Virus record (IMG/VR): IMGVR_UViG_3300028833_003520
Strand: one strand, 5' to 3'
Length of the DNA: 64,000 bases
Source: a virus
Lineage: Duplodnaviria; Caudoviricetes
A program made the position numbers and the translations under genes. The notes beneath the pieces were generated by a model, which had not been told where the DNA came from, did not search any database, and saw nothing but the letters and a program-made list of their open reading frames with translations. Position 1 is the first letter of the stretch; each line of letters begins with the position of its first letter. Positions 28,361-37,520 of the stretch are shown piece after piece.

Positions 28361-28396
28361 ATTATACCACATTCTTGCTCAAAAATGAGCGATTTT
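28361..28396 (-). promoter_or_regulatory. Extended -10 promoter of the nrd module with CGCTCRTTT motif
   Basis: AAAATCGCTCATTT-N11-TGTGgTATAAT. Confidence 0.65.
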
Positions 28397-28469
28397 TATG
28401 GTTTTTGTGTTGATTTTCAGGGCTGATTTGCCCATATTTCTATGAGCAAATCAATCACCCTTTAGAAAA

Positions 28470-29483
28470 TCAGGCGAAGTATGTTTCGTAAGCGTCCTTG
28501 AGCATAGCAAGACGAGTGCAAACATTTTCGCTGTGATTGCTACCATTAGAGCAGGCATCATTGTAACGGCTACTCTTTGACGGTGTTCCATCAAAGAAGT
28601 TCTGAAGGAAGATTGCAAAGTCTGAAGGGTCCTTGCCTTCCTCGATAGCCTTCTGAGCAACCTGTGTAAGAGAAATGAGATGCGTTCTTGTAATCATCTT
28701 CTTTGCTGTCTTCTTGTCCTCAAGATTAAGCAATGCAGAGTGAGCATCGTCGAGGAAGTTGAAGATAGGCTTCATCTGGTCGTTGACTTCCTTGGAAATC
28801 TTGAGTTCTCCATAGATAGGTCTGACATCCTTGTTATCAAGGGCAGTCATATCGTTAGCAACCATATACATCTTGATGGCTGTGTCCTCATTCTGATACG
28901 AGTCGATAGCCTTTTCTGTAAAGTTCTCTGCAAACAGAGGGTGAGAGGCGAGTTTTCTGATACCTGTAAGGTCAGCCGCCTGAATACGAGTCTTCTCGGA
29001 AGCAGAAAGAGGCTTACCATTGTTCAGACGAGCCATAATCTCTGTAATCTCTTCATCGGTAATATCGGTGAAGTAGTAAACAGTAATCTGTGCAGCGTCG
29101 AGAGTATCTTTGAGGCTCTCGGAAAGGTCGTCATACTTAAGACCGTTGAGTTCGATTTCTGTACCGTCTTCGTCGATGATGGGTTCGAGACCTACAAGAG
29201 CAAACTCGTTGTTCTTGAACTTGGTGATAGTAAGGCATCTCTGCTTACCATCAAGTGCGTCGAAGACTGCAACGTCACCCTTCGGTGTTTTGACTGTTCT
29301 GCCATCTCTGATGGTGTACATAGGCGGTACAGGATAACCTCTGAGGAGAGAGTCGATAAAGAGGGACTTTCTTGCATTGTCCCAAACGTAACCTCTCTGA
29401 ATAGCATTGTCAAAGACAAGGCTATTGTTGGTGACCATCTTGAAAATCTGCTTTGTGTTCCAGGGAATTGATGCTTTAATCAT
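28470..29483 (-). CDS. DUF262 (ParB/Srx-like, GmrS-like) domain protein
   Basis: IQRGYVW, SLFIDSLLRGYPVP, DGKQR, RLNNGKPL. Confidence 0.85.
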   Translation of the reverse strand: MIKASIPWNTKQIFKMVTNNSLVFDNAIQRGYVWDNARKSLFIDSLLRGYPVPPMYTIRDGRTVKTPKGDVAVFDALDGKQRCLTITKFKNNEFALVGLEPIIDEDGTEIELNGLKYDDLSESLKDTLDAAQITVYYFTDITDEEITEIMARLNNGKPLSASEKTRIQAADLTGIRKLASHPLFAENFTEKAIDSYQNEDTAIKMYMVANDMTALDNKDVRPIYGELKISKEVNDQMKPIFNFLDDAHSALLNLEDKKTAKKMITRTHLISLTQVAQKAIEEGKDPSDFAIFLQNFFDGTPSKSSRYNDACSNGSNHSENVCTRLAMLKDAYETYFA

Positions 29484-29505
29484 TTTGGGTATTTCTCCTT
29501 TATTA

Positions 29506-29895
29506 TTATTCAGTTTTGAATGTATTTAACCACATCTCATAGGTTCCGTTTGTGGCGTTGCCTGAAATGAGAGCGTTTAAGTCTGATACGAAGTTGAGAT
29601 ATATCTCGTCTTCATCGTCAAATTCGAAGTTTCCGTTGTTTGCAATCATTGTTTCACGAATCTTGTCGTTGTACGGCTTTGCAAAGTCAGAGAACTTACA
29701 AGTAATTGTGTTCTCCTTTGCGTATTTAGGAACAATGACTTCAACATTGTTTGCAAGGAAACAAAGGAATTTGTCACAAGGGTCGTCGCTTGTTTCGTCA
29801 CCAAGAACGAAAGCGACATATACATTGTCAAGGTCTGTATCGCAAACATCGAGACAATCTGTATTGCGTGAATTAAAGTATTCTTTGATGGTCAT
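29506..29895 (-). CDS. Hypothetical protein (acidic)
   Basis: SD AAGGAG. Confidence 0.75.
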   Translation of the reverse strand: MTIKEYFNSRNTDCLDVCDTDLDNVYVAFVLGDETSDDPCDKFLCFLANNVEVIVPKYAKENTITCKFSDFAKPYNDKIRETMIANNGNFEFDDEDEIYLNFVSDLNALISGNATNGTYEMWLNTFKTE

Positions 29896-29898
29896 AGT

Positions 29899-30297
29899 TT
29901 ACTCCTTTTCTGTAATGCCGATTGTGATTTTATCCTCGTCAATATATGACGGGAAAAGTTGTTTGTTTGCGAGAAGTCTTGCAAATTTTGCGTCAGGGGC
30001 GGAAATTGTATCTTTTATGGTAATAGTAACTTCAAAGTTCTTGCTTTTAGCGAGGTAATCTTTGACAGTAATATTGCCTTTATCAGAAATGGTAGCGTCG
30101 TCAATATAAAGCCTTGGCTTACCACCTTTCTGAATGTAATGTTTTCCGTCGGCTGTTGTTTTGATGTTCATCAAAGCAAGTTCAACGAGACTTACAGACC
30201 TGACAAGGTTGTTCTTCTCTTTTCCTGTGTAATAGACTTCTCCATCTGAAAAGACAGAAGGTTCGGTAGGTTTGCCGTTGATACCGTCAACTATCAT
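29899..30297 (-). CDS. Hypothetical protein
   Basis: Coupled ORF. Confidence 0.75.
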   Translation of the reverse strand: MIVDGINGKPTEPSVFSDGEVYYTGKEKNNLVRSVSLVELALMNIKTTADGKHYIQKGGKPRLYIDDATISDKGNITVKDYLAKSKNFEVTITIKDTISAPDAKFARLLANKQLFPSYIDEDKITIGITEKE

Positions 30298-30725
30298 AAC
30301 AGTTTCTCCTTTCTGAGTACATCTTCAAGAGATGCCCACTCGTAGTTTGAAGCGGAGCAGGAAACGAGCCATTTGCCGTTTTCGAAGAGGTAGTTCCAGC
30401 CCATCCAGTTTTTGAGTTCTTCTTTACTCAAAGTTTGAATGGAAAGTCTTTCTTGGCGGTCTCGTGCATAAAATACACACTGATTTTTGACTGATTCGTA
30501 GTATTCTTTGTCGTAGAGTCTGCGACTGAAATCAATAGGTTCAGTTCCTATTTCTTCGTAGATACAAGAAGCGTCACCGTGTGCTATAAGTTCTGATGCT
30601 TTCTGTTCATCAGAATAATGTTTGAACAAGATTACGCCAAGATGCCTTAAGTAGCCGTCACCGTGACAGTAGATAGTTTTTATCTCATTGTCTTTGTTTA
30701 TTCCAATCTGTGCGTGACTACTCAT
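30294..30725 (-). CDS. Phage-type hypothetical protein with IYCHxDGY motif
   Basis: IYCHGDGYL..LG..L..HY and FYARDR motifs. Confidence 0.75.
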   Translation of the reverse strand: MSSHAQIGINKDNEIKTIYCHGDGYLRHLGVILFKHYSDEQKASELIAHGDASCIYEEIGTEPIDFSRRLYDKEYYESVKNQCVFYARDRQERLSIQTLSKEELKNWMGWNYLFENGKWLVSCSASNYEWASLEDVLRKEKLL

Positions 30726-30726
30726 A

Positions 30727-30975
30727 TTAACTCTCCTTTAGCAAGTTCTTGCTGTTTTCAATAAGTTCGAGAACAGTTGCGTTAAGGCGGTATGCATTAA
30801 GATTCCATACAGTAACGATATCGTTATGCGGAGTTTTAATAACATTAGCAATAACGGCTCCTGATGCATTAGGGTCAATAGGATAACCGTCGATAGCAAT
30901 GATTTCATTGCCATCGTCATCGGTTTCTCTGTGTGTATTCTCAAAGAATACATATTCATCGGTTGTGCGTGTCAT
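30727..30975 (-). CDS. Hypothetical protein
   Basis: Start after GGAGG. Confidence 0.7.
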   Translation of the reverse strand: MTRTTDEYVFFENTHRETDDDGNEIIAIDGYPIDPNASGAVIANVIKTPHNDIVTVWNLNAYRLNATVLELIENSKNLLKES

Positions 30976-31661
30976 ACTGCCTCCTGTCCGATAAGTCCAC
31001 CACAAGAAGGACACTGCGGTAAGAATCCAATTATTGTTTCAGTAGTGCAGTATTCTCTGCCACAATACTGACAATAATATCTCTTAATCCTTACGCCGTC
31101 TTCAGTAGGAATATCGGTAGTTGTTTTATTCTGTTCGAGGACTGCCTCAGTTTCATCGTCTGCATAGGTATCTTTGACTTCGGCAAGTTCTTTGTCCAGT
31201 TGATTCTGGTATTCTTCTTTAGCCTGATTGAGAGTATCATCAGTTGGGTTGTTTTGCTTGTACTTTTCATACTCTTCTTTCTCTTTGCGAATAGCATCTT
31301 CGACTTGTTTAGCAATCTTGTCTCCAATTTTCTCTGCCTGTTCTTTAGCCAAGTTTTCGGCTTTTTGTAAATCTTTTTCAATTTTTGCATTATGCAAATC
31401 AGAAGAAGATTTTGTTTTACGTTTAGGCAGAGAAAAATCGGGAAGTGATATGCTGTAACTATGGGTCGTAAGAGCCATTGCAGTTTTGAATATACCTGTG
31501 AAGAGAAATATGACTCCCATTACGGTGAGAATAGTACCACCAAGTTGTAATATCTTTGGTGGAAATGCGTCACCAAAAAGGGTAGGTGAAGTTGAGCAAA
31601 TACTTCCGATGGTAACCATAATAATACCCATAAATAGTGTTAGAATTGGCATACAAATCAT
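30972..31661 (-). CDS. Membrane protein with coiled coil and C-terminal Zn ribbon
   Basis: Two TM helices, E/K-rich helix, CQYC...CPSC. Confidence 0.75.
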   Translation of the reverse strand: MICMPILTLFMGIIMVTIGSICSTSPTLFGDAFPPKILQLGGTILTVMGVIFLFTGIFKTAMALTTHSYSISLPDFSLPKRKTKSSSDLHNAKIEKDLQKAENLAKEQAEKIGDKIAKQVEDAIRKEKEEYEKYKQNNPTDDTLNQAKEEYQNQLDKELAEVKDTYADDETEAVLEQNKTTTDIPTEDGVRIKRYYCQYCGREYCTTETIIGFLPQCPSCGGLIGQEAV

Positions 31662-31664
31662 TCC

Positions 31665-33005
31665 TTAATAGAAGTTAGGTGGCAAGGGATTATCGGGGTC
31701 ACTGTTTATGACTGAGTTTTGATAATCTGCTTGCGATTTTTCGAAACCAACGTGAGAATTCTGATAGAATCGAACACCTGATTGATGTGGTATATCAGGA
31801 AGGTATTGCTGATATGTCCAATGATTTTGGAAATCGTGTGGATATTTATATCCAATACCTGAACCATATCGAGATGCGGTGCTATAGTGAGTGTCTCGAA
31901 GATGCATTGGAACTGTGTTGTTCGGATTGTTCTTTACATACTGCCGAGCACTATCAATTCCAACGACAGCAGAATTACTCTTTGGTGCCATCGCAATATA
32001 GAGGGTTGCTTGAGCAAGAGGTATTCTTGCTTCAGGAAAACCAATTCTTTCGGCGGCAAGTGAGGCATTTACAGCAATGATAAGTGCCTGTGGGTCTGCA
32101 TTACCGACATCTTCAGATGCCGATACTATAAGTCGTCTTGCGATATATTCAGGTTCTTCTCCTGCTTCAATCATTACTGCAAGCCAGTAAAGTGCTGCGT
32201 CAGGGTTAGAGCCTCTCAGACTTTTGATAAAAGCAGAGATAGTATCGTAATGCATAGTACCGTCGGTATCGTATAAGAGATTGGGTTTCTGAATGATTGC
32301 CTTAATGTTATCTACAGTAACAGTATTGTTACTGCAAGTAAGGCAAGCGAGTTCAAGCAAAGTCAAAGCGTGGCGAACATCGGGAACTGATTGTTCTGCA
32401 ATTAAACGCTTTGTACTTTCGTCTATATTGATGTTGAGATTGCCTAAGCCTTTAGGTGAAGTTAATGCTCTATCTATGGCTTTGAGGATGTCCTCAACAG
32501 TTATGTTTTCTAACTGACATAGATAGGAACGAGATACTAAGGCAGGGTTAACCTCGAAAGAAGGATTTTCGGTAGTTGCACCGATAAGTATTACTGTTTT
32601 GTTTTCAACAAAGGGGAGCAAATAATCTTGCTGTATCTTGTTGAAACGATGAATCTCATCAATAAACAGAATAGTTGATTTACCTACTTCGAGATTTTTC
32701 TTTGCAATCTCAACGACTTTTTCAATGTCCTTCTTTCCTGCGGCAACAGCGTTAATGGTGTAGAAATCAGCATTAGTCTGTTCTGCAATAACATTGGCAA
32801 TACTTGTCTTGCCAGTGCCAGGTGGTCCGAAGAGAATGATAGGACAGAGAATAGTGTTATCAATCATCTTACAAAGAGGTGAGTCTTTATAAAATAGATG
32901 ACTTTGACCTACTATTTCGTCAACGGTAGTAGGTCGCATACGAACGGCGAGAGGGAGTTTTGCGAACTCTTCGTCGGTCATTTTGTTTTCATTAGCCATC
33001 AGCAT
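31665..33005 (-). CDS. rarA: Replication-associated recombination protein A (MgsA/RarA)
   Basis: PLAVRMRP, GPPGTGKT, IDEIHRFNKIQQD, GATTENP, SAFIKSLRGS, ASEDVGNADP, YKYPHD. Confidence 0.95.
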   Translation of the reverse strand: MLMANENKMTDEEFAKLPLAVRMRPTTVDEIVGQSHLFYKDSPLCKMIDNTILCPIILFGPPGTGKTSIANVIAEQTNADFYTINAVAAGKKDIEKVVEIAKKNLEVGKSTILFIDEIHRFNKIQQDYLLPFVENKTVILIGATTENPSFEVNPALVSRSYLCQLENITVEDILKAIDRALTSPKGLGNLNINIDESTKRLIAEQSVPDVRHALTLLELACLTCSNNTVTVDNIKAIIQKPNLLYDTDGTMHYDTISAFIKSLRGSNPDAALYWLAVMIEAGEEPEYIARRLIVSASEDVGNADPQALIIAVNASLAAERIGFPEARIPLAQATLYIAMAPKSNSAVVGIDSARQYVKNNPNNTVPMHLRDTHYSTASRYGSGIGYKYPHDFQNHWTYQQYLPDIPHQSGVRFYQNSHVGFEKSQADYQNSVINSDPDNPLPPNFY

Positions 33006-33022
33006 CTCCTTTCTGATGTTGT

Positions 33023-34219
33023 TTAAGCATCCACAGTAAAATCACCATTTTCATCAGAGGTTTCAGCAACGATTATATCTTCGGAATCAGAAGAAGTTTC
33101 TTCTTCATTGATTTCGGCTTCAACAATCTTTGTTTTCTTACTTTTCTTTTTCGTCTTGTCTTCAGGCGGAGCAGGGAAGAAGCCAAGTGTTGTTGCGTAG
33201 TGGTGAATTATCAATTCAAGTTCGGTTTCTGTGTAAGCCGAACGAATGATTTCTTTGATGAAGGGATTACCTGTGGTTGCAAGAGGATTACGAATAGGAG
33301 ACCATTTGTCTGCTTTGTACTCACTTGCTTCTAAAGCAAATGAAGTACCGTAATCCTTAACTGTGACACAGCGTTCAACACCATCGTTAAGTAGGTTGAA
33401 GTATGAAACCATAAGTGTCGCTGAGTTGTGGAAACTTCCTGTACGCCACGTATCAATTTTCTCCATATCGAGAGCATTGCATTCACGATTCCAACAAAAA
33501 GCATTTTTGATGGAAGCCGTGTAGAGTTCGGTATGAATGTCAGGTGATATGCGGTATGATTCCACGTCACTTGCAGTAGCAAGTTCAACATTATCAGCAC
33601 GAATGGTGTTGTAAACGGTATCGGAGTAAGCAAGTAAGTTATTCCAGTTACCGCTTTCGTAAGTATAACCATCTTCGGGTGTGAACATACGATAGATGTC
33701 TATACGCCTATCGTCACTGTTGTGTATCTGATGGACAACGAGATATTCGTCGTCGTTTATCAGTCGGGAAAGAGCGACAAACATTTCTTCTTCAATATCG
33801 CACCAAGTAACGCTTTCAGCGTTGTCAACATTAAAACGGTCAAACACACATTCACCAGCCTTGTTATAAAGGCGGTAATGGTAATCAAAGTCGGATGCTT
33901 TATCACCTTTGAGGTGCTTGCCGTTAATGTCGTAAAGTCGTCTTATAAGTGTTAACGGAAGTGACTTTACATCGCTTTGTGCCCAGATTGAAAATCTTGG
34001 GTACATAACATAGTTTGAATAATTGAAATAGATGGCGTAAACTGCTTGTCCGTTAGGCATTTGCTTCTTAATAATATTAGCAGTTCTTACTGTGTTATTA
34101 TCAATAGGCTCGCCCAATGTTTCGACGAGCATTTGTAATTTGTCTTCGTCAGAACAGTGGAAGAAATTTGTGCGAATGGTATGAAGGAATTTGGGTTTAG
34201 ATTGGTTGTAATGAAGCAT
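33023..34219 (-). CDS. Hypothetical protein
   Basis: 398 aa ORF with SD AAGGAG. Confidence 0.8.
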   Translation of the reverse strand: MLHYNQSKPKFLHTIRTNFFHCSDEDKLQMLVETLGEPIDNNTVRTANIIKKQMPNGQAVYAIYFNYSNYVMYPRFSIWAQSDVKSLPLTLIRRLYDINGKHLKGDKASDFDYHYRLYNKAGECVFDRFNVDNAESVTWCDIEEEMFVALSRLINDDEYLVVHQIHNSDDRRIDIYRMFTPEDGYTYESGNWNNLLAYSDTVYNTIRADNVELATASDVESYRISPDIHTELYTASIKNAFCWNRECNALDMEKIDTWRTGSFHNSATLMVSYFNLLNDGVERCVTVKDYGTSFALEASEYKADKWSPIRNPLATTGNPFIKEIIRSAYTETELELIIHHYATTLGFFPAPPEDKTKKKSKKTKIVEAEINEEETSSDSEDIIVAETSDENGDFTVDA

Positions 34220-34259
34220 TGGTGCTCATCTCCTTAAGGCTGTTTTTTCTGAATACTTC

Positions 34260-34448
34260 TTAAAAGATGATTTCTACATCTCGGAGGTGATTGCCTAATT
34301 TTGTGCAGAAGAAAAACGGAGTGCAAAGGATTCGTTTTACATTAGCATAGCCGTTGTAAAGCAAATAGCCAGTGCCTTCTGCAGTAGATTCGCACCAAGT
34401 TTTAACGAGGTGGAATTTTCTGTCATCTGCTTTGCGTGTTGTTTTCAT
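34260..34448 (-). CDS. Hypothetical protein
   Basis: SD spacing favours the MKTTRK start. Confidence 0.6.
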   Translation of the reverse strand: MKTTRKADDRKFHLVKTWCESTAEGTGYLLYNGYANVKRILCTPFFFCTKLGNHLRDVEIIF

Positions 34449-34463
34449 ACGAGGCATCTCCTT

Positions 34464-34919
34464 TCAGCAATGACCTGCTCGCTGCATTCTTTTGATGTGC
34501 TTGTTGATTTCGTCTGCGAAGATAGGGATAAGGAATTCCATTCCTGCTTCTTTACAGTAGTCAACGACGGTCTTATTTTCGCCGTATTTTACTTTCATAA
34601 AGCAACCGCAAACATCATAAGCACCCTGCCAGTTAATGAAATACTCGTGGTTATCAAGTTCATAACGGATTGCCTGTCTTGCAAAGGTCTTTTTCTTCAT
34701 AAGTTCAGGCAGTTCTGAAGGCTTGGTAAGCCAGGCTTTGTAAGTAGGAAGGTCGTTCTTGTGAACAAGACCACCGTAGCCGACACTTACAAGGTCTTCA
34801 GGCTTACAGTTAAGTTTTGTGAGAATTTCATTTAACTGTTCGTTACTGAACGCATAGTGAATAGGAAGTTCGTTAACTTCTTTCTGTTGAGCGTCCTTGT
34901 ATTCTTGGTAGGTAATCAT
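34464..34919 (-). CDS. Hypothetical protein (YAFSNEQ / YELDNHEY)
   Basis: ORF with SD. Confidence 0.8.
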   Translation of the reverse strand: MITYQEYKDAQQKEVNELPIHYAFSNEQLNEILTKLNCKPEDLVSVGYGGLVHKNDLPTYKAWLTKPSELPELMKKKTFARQAIRYELDNHEYFINWQGAYDVCGCFMKVKYGENKTVVDYCKEAGMEFLIPIFADEINKHIKRMQRAGHC

Positions 34920-34937
34920 AGAGTTGTCCTTTCTATT

Positions 34938-35336
34938 TTAAGCGAGCACACCTTGTTTAATAAGGTGTCTCATTGTTTTCCATTCGTCACGCCAATATTT
35001 GACGAGACTGGATATGATGCTGTCTTCAAGTCTAACGGAAGTGTCTGTGTCCCAGACTTCTCCTTTCATTGAAGGCATAATCCAATCGACGCTAAATTCG
35101 GACATAATGGAGTTATTAGGAATGTAAGCGATTTTTCCACAGATGCGATTTTCACCACGCTCTGTAGGAGTGTCGATTTCGGCTTTGTCAAAACCATCTT
35201 CCCAGCCGAAGACTAAAGCCCAAGTTCTGTCTCCAATATTGTCAAGAATAATAGCCCTTGTTGTTGACATATCTTCGTCTTCGGCAAACTGTTTAATGAT
35301 GTTTTTGACTTCGTTAATTTTAATCAAAGTAGCCAT
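34938..35336 (-). CDS. Hypothetical protein
   Basis: Start at 35336 after AAAGGAG. Confidence 0.75.
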   Translation of the reverse strand: MATLIKINEVKNIIKQFAEDEDMSTTRAIILDNIGDRTWALVFGWEDGFDKAEIDTPTERGENRICGKIAYIPNNSIMSEFSVDWIMPSMKGEVWDTDTSVRLEDSIISSLVKYWRDEWKTMRHLIKQGVLA

Positions 35337-35349
35337 AAATAATTCTCCT

Positions 35350-35592
35350 TTATGCAGGAATATTGCGATAGATAGTTTCTCTGGCTTCTTTTTCGCTATC
35401 GGCTTTGACGATACAAACGAATTTTGGTGAGCCATTAGGGGAACTATCAAGCAAATAGATAGCGTAAAGTTTGTCTTCGAGATAACGACAGGTAATTCCG
35501 TGTTCGTCGAAATCGGATAGAGGTCTGTTAGTTAAATCCTCGAAGACTTCCTTAAATGCTTGGCATTTTTCTTCAGGTGCCATTTCAAACAC
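35350..35592 (-). CDS. Hypothetical protein
   Basis: Coupled ORF. Confidence 0.65.
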   Translation of the reverse strand: MFEMAPEEKCQAFKEVFEDLTNRPLSDFDEHGITCRYLEDKLYAIYLLDSSPNGSPKFVCIVKADSEKEARETIYRNIPA

Positions 35593-35908
35593 CTACCAAT
35601 CCATCGTAGTAGTTGTAAACACCTTCTTGCGTTGTGCTGTAAACGATATGGTAGTCGCAGATATCTTCGTGCGTATCGGTGTCGATGCTATCACGGATAA
35701 CGAGATTACAGATGCGTCTTTCGTCCTGTAAATCTTTGAAGTATTTACCTAACCAACGGACGATGTGATACTTATCGTCGGTGTGAATACCGTATTCGTG
35801 ATTACCTTTTACACGAATGTCAAGGATAATATAATCACCCTTGACTTTGCGACTTCTCTTTTCAGCCATAATAGAGCCGTAGCCCTGCCAGTGTTTAATC
35901 TTTCTCAT
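35585..35908 (-). CDS. Hypothetical protein
   Basis: SD AAAGGAG. Confidence 0.75.
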   Translation of the reverse strand: MRKIKHWQGYGSIMAEKRSRKVKGDYIILDIRVKGNHEYGIHTDDKYHIVRWLGKYFKDLQDERRICNLVIRDSIDTDTHEDICDYHIVYSTTQEGVYNYYDGLVGV

Positions 35909-35929
35909 AAGAGTTAGTCTCCTTTCAGA

Positions 35930-36313
35930 TTAGTCTTCAACAATGAAAACGATAGATGCAAATTCGATGTCGCCACCGTTATCTTTGCAAAATGACATTT
36001 CGTAGGTTTTGTAATAACTGCCGTAGCAATTTATCATATGCTCTGCGAAATCTTCGAATGCCGTAATAACCGTTCCATTGTTATCACGATATTTTGTTAT
36101 GATTTCTGCGGTAAGGTAATCTGCTGCAGTTTCAAAACCGTTCTCAAAAGCCACCTGCTGAAGACAATCTCTTTCACTTTCCTCAGTTTCAGGAAGATAA
36201 AGAGTCAGGTCATCGTCATAATCCATAAGGTGCTGTAAAGCCTCAACGATGGAGTCTTCATCATTTGTTGGATTAACTCGTGTTAAAAAGTTTTTAATTG
36301 TTAAACTACCCAT
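35930..36313 (-). CDS. Hypothetical protein (very acidic)
   Basis: Start after GAGGTG. Confidence 0.75.
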   Translation of the reverse strand: MGSLTIKNFLTRVNPTNDEDSIVEALQHLMDYDDDLTLYLPETEESERDCLQQVAFENGFETAADYLTAEIITKYRDNNGTVITAFEDFAEHMINCYGSYYKTYEMSFCKDNGGDIEFASIVFIVED

Positions 36314-36317
36314 AGTT

Positions 36318-36938
36318 TTACACCTCATCAAAATCAATGTCGTTATCGTTGAGACAATCAATGCCGTCTTGGTTAACCATCATACGGTCACCGCTATCGA
36401 AATCGTACCAAATACCCTCTTTGTCAAGGCACGCTTTAGCGTTTGCTAAATCGTCAGGGTTGGAGATAATGAGGCGGTAAACGGTATCGTCGTCAGCATC
36501 TTCATTTTCGTGAAGATATGCCCAGTCGAAGTTGTCGAGGATGTGAGTGACAATGGCACCAACGTCAATCTCGAAATCAACGAAGACGGGAAGACGATTT
36601 TCTTTTCGTTCTTCAGACGGTTCTCTTAATTTATCGAGTTCTTCGAAGTCGATATAAATTTTATCAACGCTTGTGATGATTTCGTTGATGCGTTCATCAT
36701 ATTCAGCACTTTCAATACCGTCTTTAATGCCTTGCCAAGCAAGGTCAACATCATCAGAAGAAATGTCAGAGTTATCTTTCTTAAACTGTTCTATGGCATC
36801 GGTGGCTTCTTGACTGTCAAAGATTTTGTGTTTTTCAATTAAGTCAGATACTTCAATATTCTCGTCGAGAATGTTGTCCATATCTTCGCCGCCGATATAA
36901 TCAGTAATGAACAGTGCTTGATATTTTTCGATTTTCAT
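36318..36938 (-). CDS. Hypothetical protein (very acidic)
   Basis: D/E-rich 206 aa ORF. Confidence 0.8.
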   Translation of the reverse strand: MKIEKYQALFITDYIGGEDMDNILDENIEVSDLIEKHKIFDSQEATDAIEQFKKDNSDISSDDVDLAWQGIKDGIESAEYDERINEIITSVDKIYIDFEELDKLREPSEERKENRLPVFVDFEIDVGAIVTHILDNFDWAYLHENEDADDDTVYRLIISNPDDLANAKACLDKEGIWYDFDSGDRMMVNQDGIDCLNDNDIDFDEV

Positions 36939-36941
36939 TTG

Positions 36942-37343
36942 TTATACCTCAATAGGTTCTTTCTCGAAATCCTTTGTAAGTGTTATGAATTCTTCATAGC
37001 CTTTACTAAAACGGATTTCGGTGGCACTGTAGTGTACTATTGCTCTGTAAATGGAATCGGAATTTATGAGAGCAAATGACGGTAATGAGCCGTGCTTACA
37101 GATGATAGCAGTGCAGGGTGCTTCGTGAGCACTTGGATAGAAACTACGCTTACCCTGGGTAGCAAGTTCTTTTTCTCTCTGAACAACAGGGTCGTTTTCC
37201 CAATCTTTGCATCCCTGCTTTATGAGACTGGAAAGTTCTTCGTAAGAGAGATTTTCTTCCTTTCTTGCGTGTCTGTAAGTAATGGCAACATCTTCCATTC
37301 CAATATAAACGTGGTCTTGTAAAAAGATTACGTCGTAGGTCAT
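36942..37343 (-). CDS. Hypothetical protein
   Basis: Start after AGAAAGGA. Confidence 0.75.
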   Translation of the reverse strand: MTYDVIFLQDHVYIGMEDVAITYRHARKEENLSYEELSSLIKQGCKDWENDPVVQREKELATQGKRSFYPSAHEAPCTAIICKHGSLPSFALINSDSIYRAIVHYSATEIRFSKGYEEFITLTKDFEKEPIEV

Positions 37344-37373
37344 TTTAAGTTTTCCTTTCTGTGAAATTAAGAA

Positions 37374-37451
37374 TTTTAGTCTTGTATGGAAATGCGTACA
37401 GCATTTGGATTTATGCCAAATTGTCGGACTGCACGACAAACAAGACTAAAA
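37374..37451. other. Multi-branch structured intergenic element
   Basis: 11-bp closing stem TTTTAGTCTTG/CAAGACTAAAA enclosing two to three hairpins. Confidence 0.6.
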
Positions 37452-37472
37452 GGAAAGATAAATTTTAAGGAT

Positions 37473-37507
37473 AAAAATGGTAGTCCCTAATTTTAGAGAC
37501 TACCATT
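37473..37507 (-). terminator. Intrinsic terminator
   Basis: AATGGTAGTCTCTAA-AA-TTAGGGACTACCATT-TTT on the minus strand. Confidence 0.7.
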
Positions 37508-37520
37508 CCTTAAATGAAGA

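Noticed and set aside
28309-28400. NrdR box upstream of the nrd genes
   Set aside because: No match to the acaCwAtATaTwGtg-type palindrome seen.
28680-29471. 263-aa plus-strand ORF (and similar plus-strand ORFs such as 57752..58453, 1257..1718, 39447..39860)
   Set aside because: Antisense shadows of well-supported minus-strand genes, with no SD and no motifs. Expected from biased codon usage.
37374-37451. Possible tRNA gene
   Set aside because: No D-loop GG, T-loop GTTCRA or CCA, and the closing stem is too long. Kept only as an unknown structured element.
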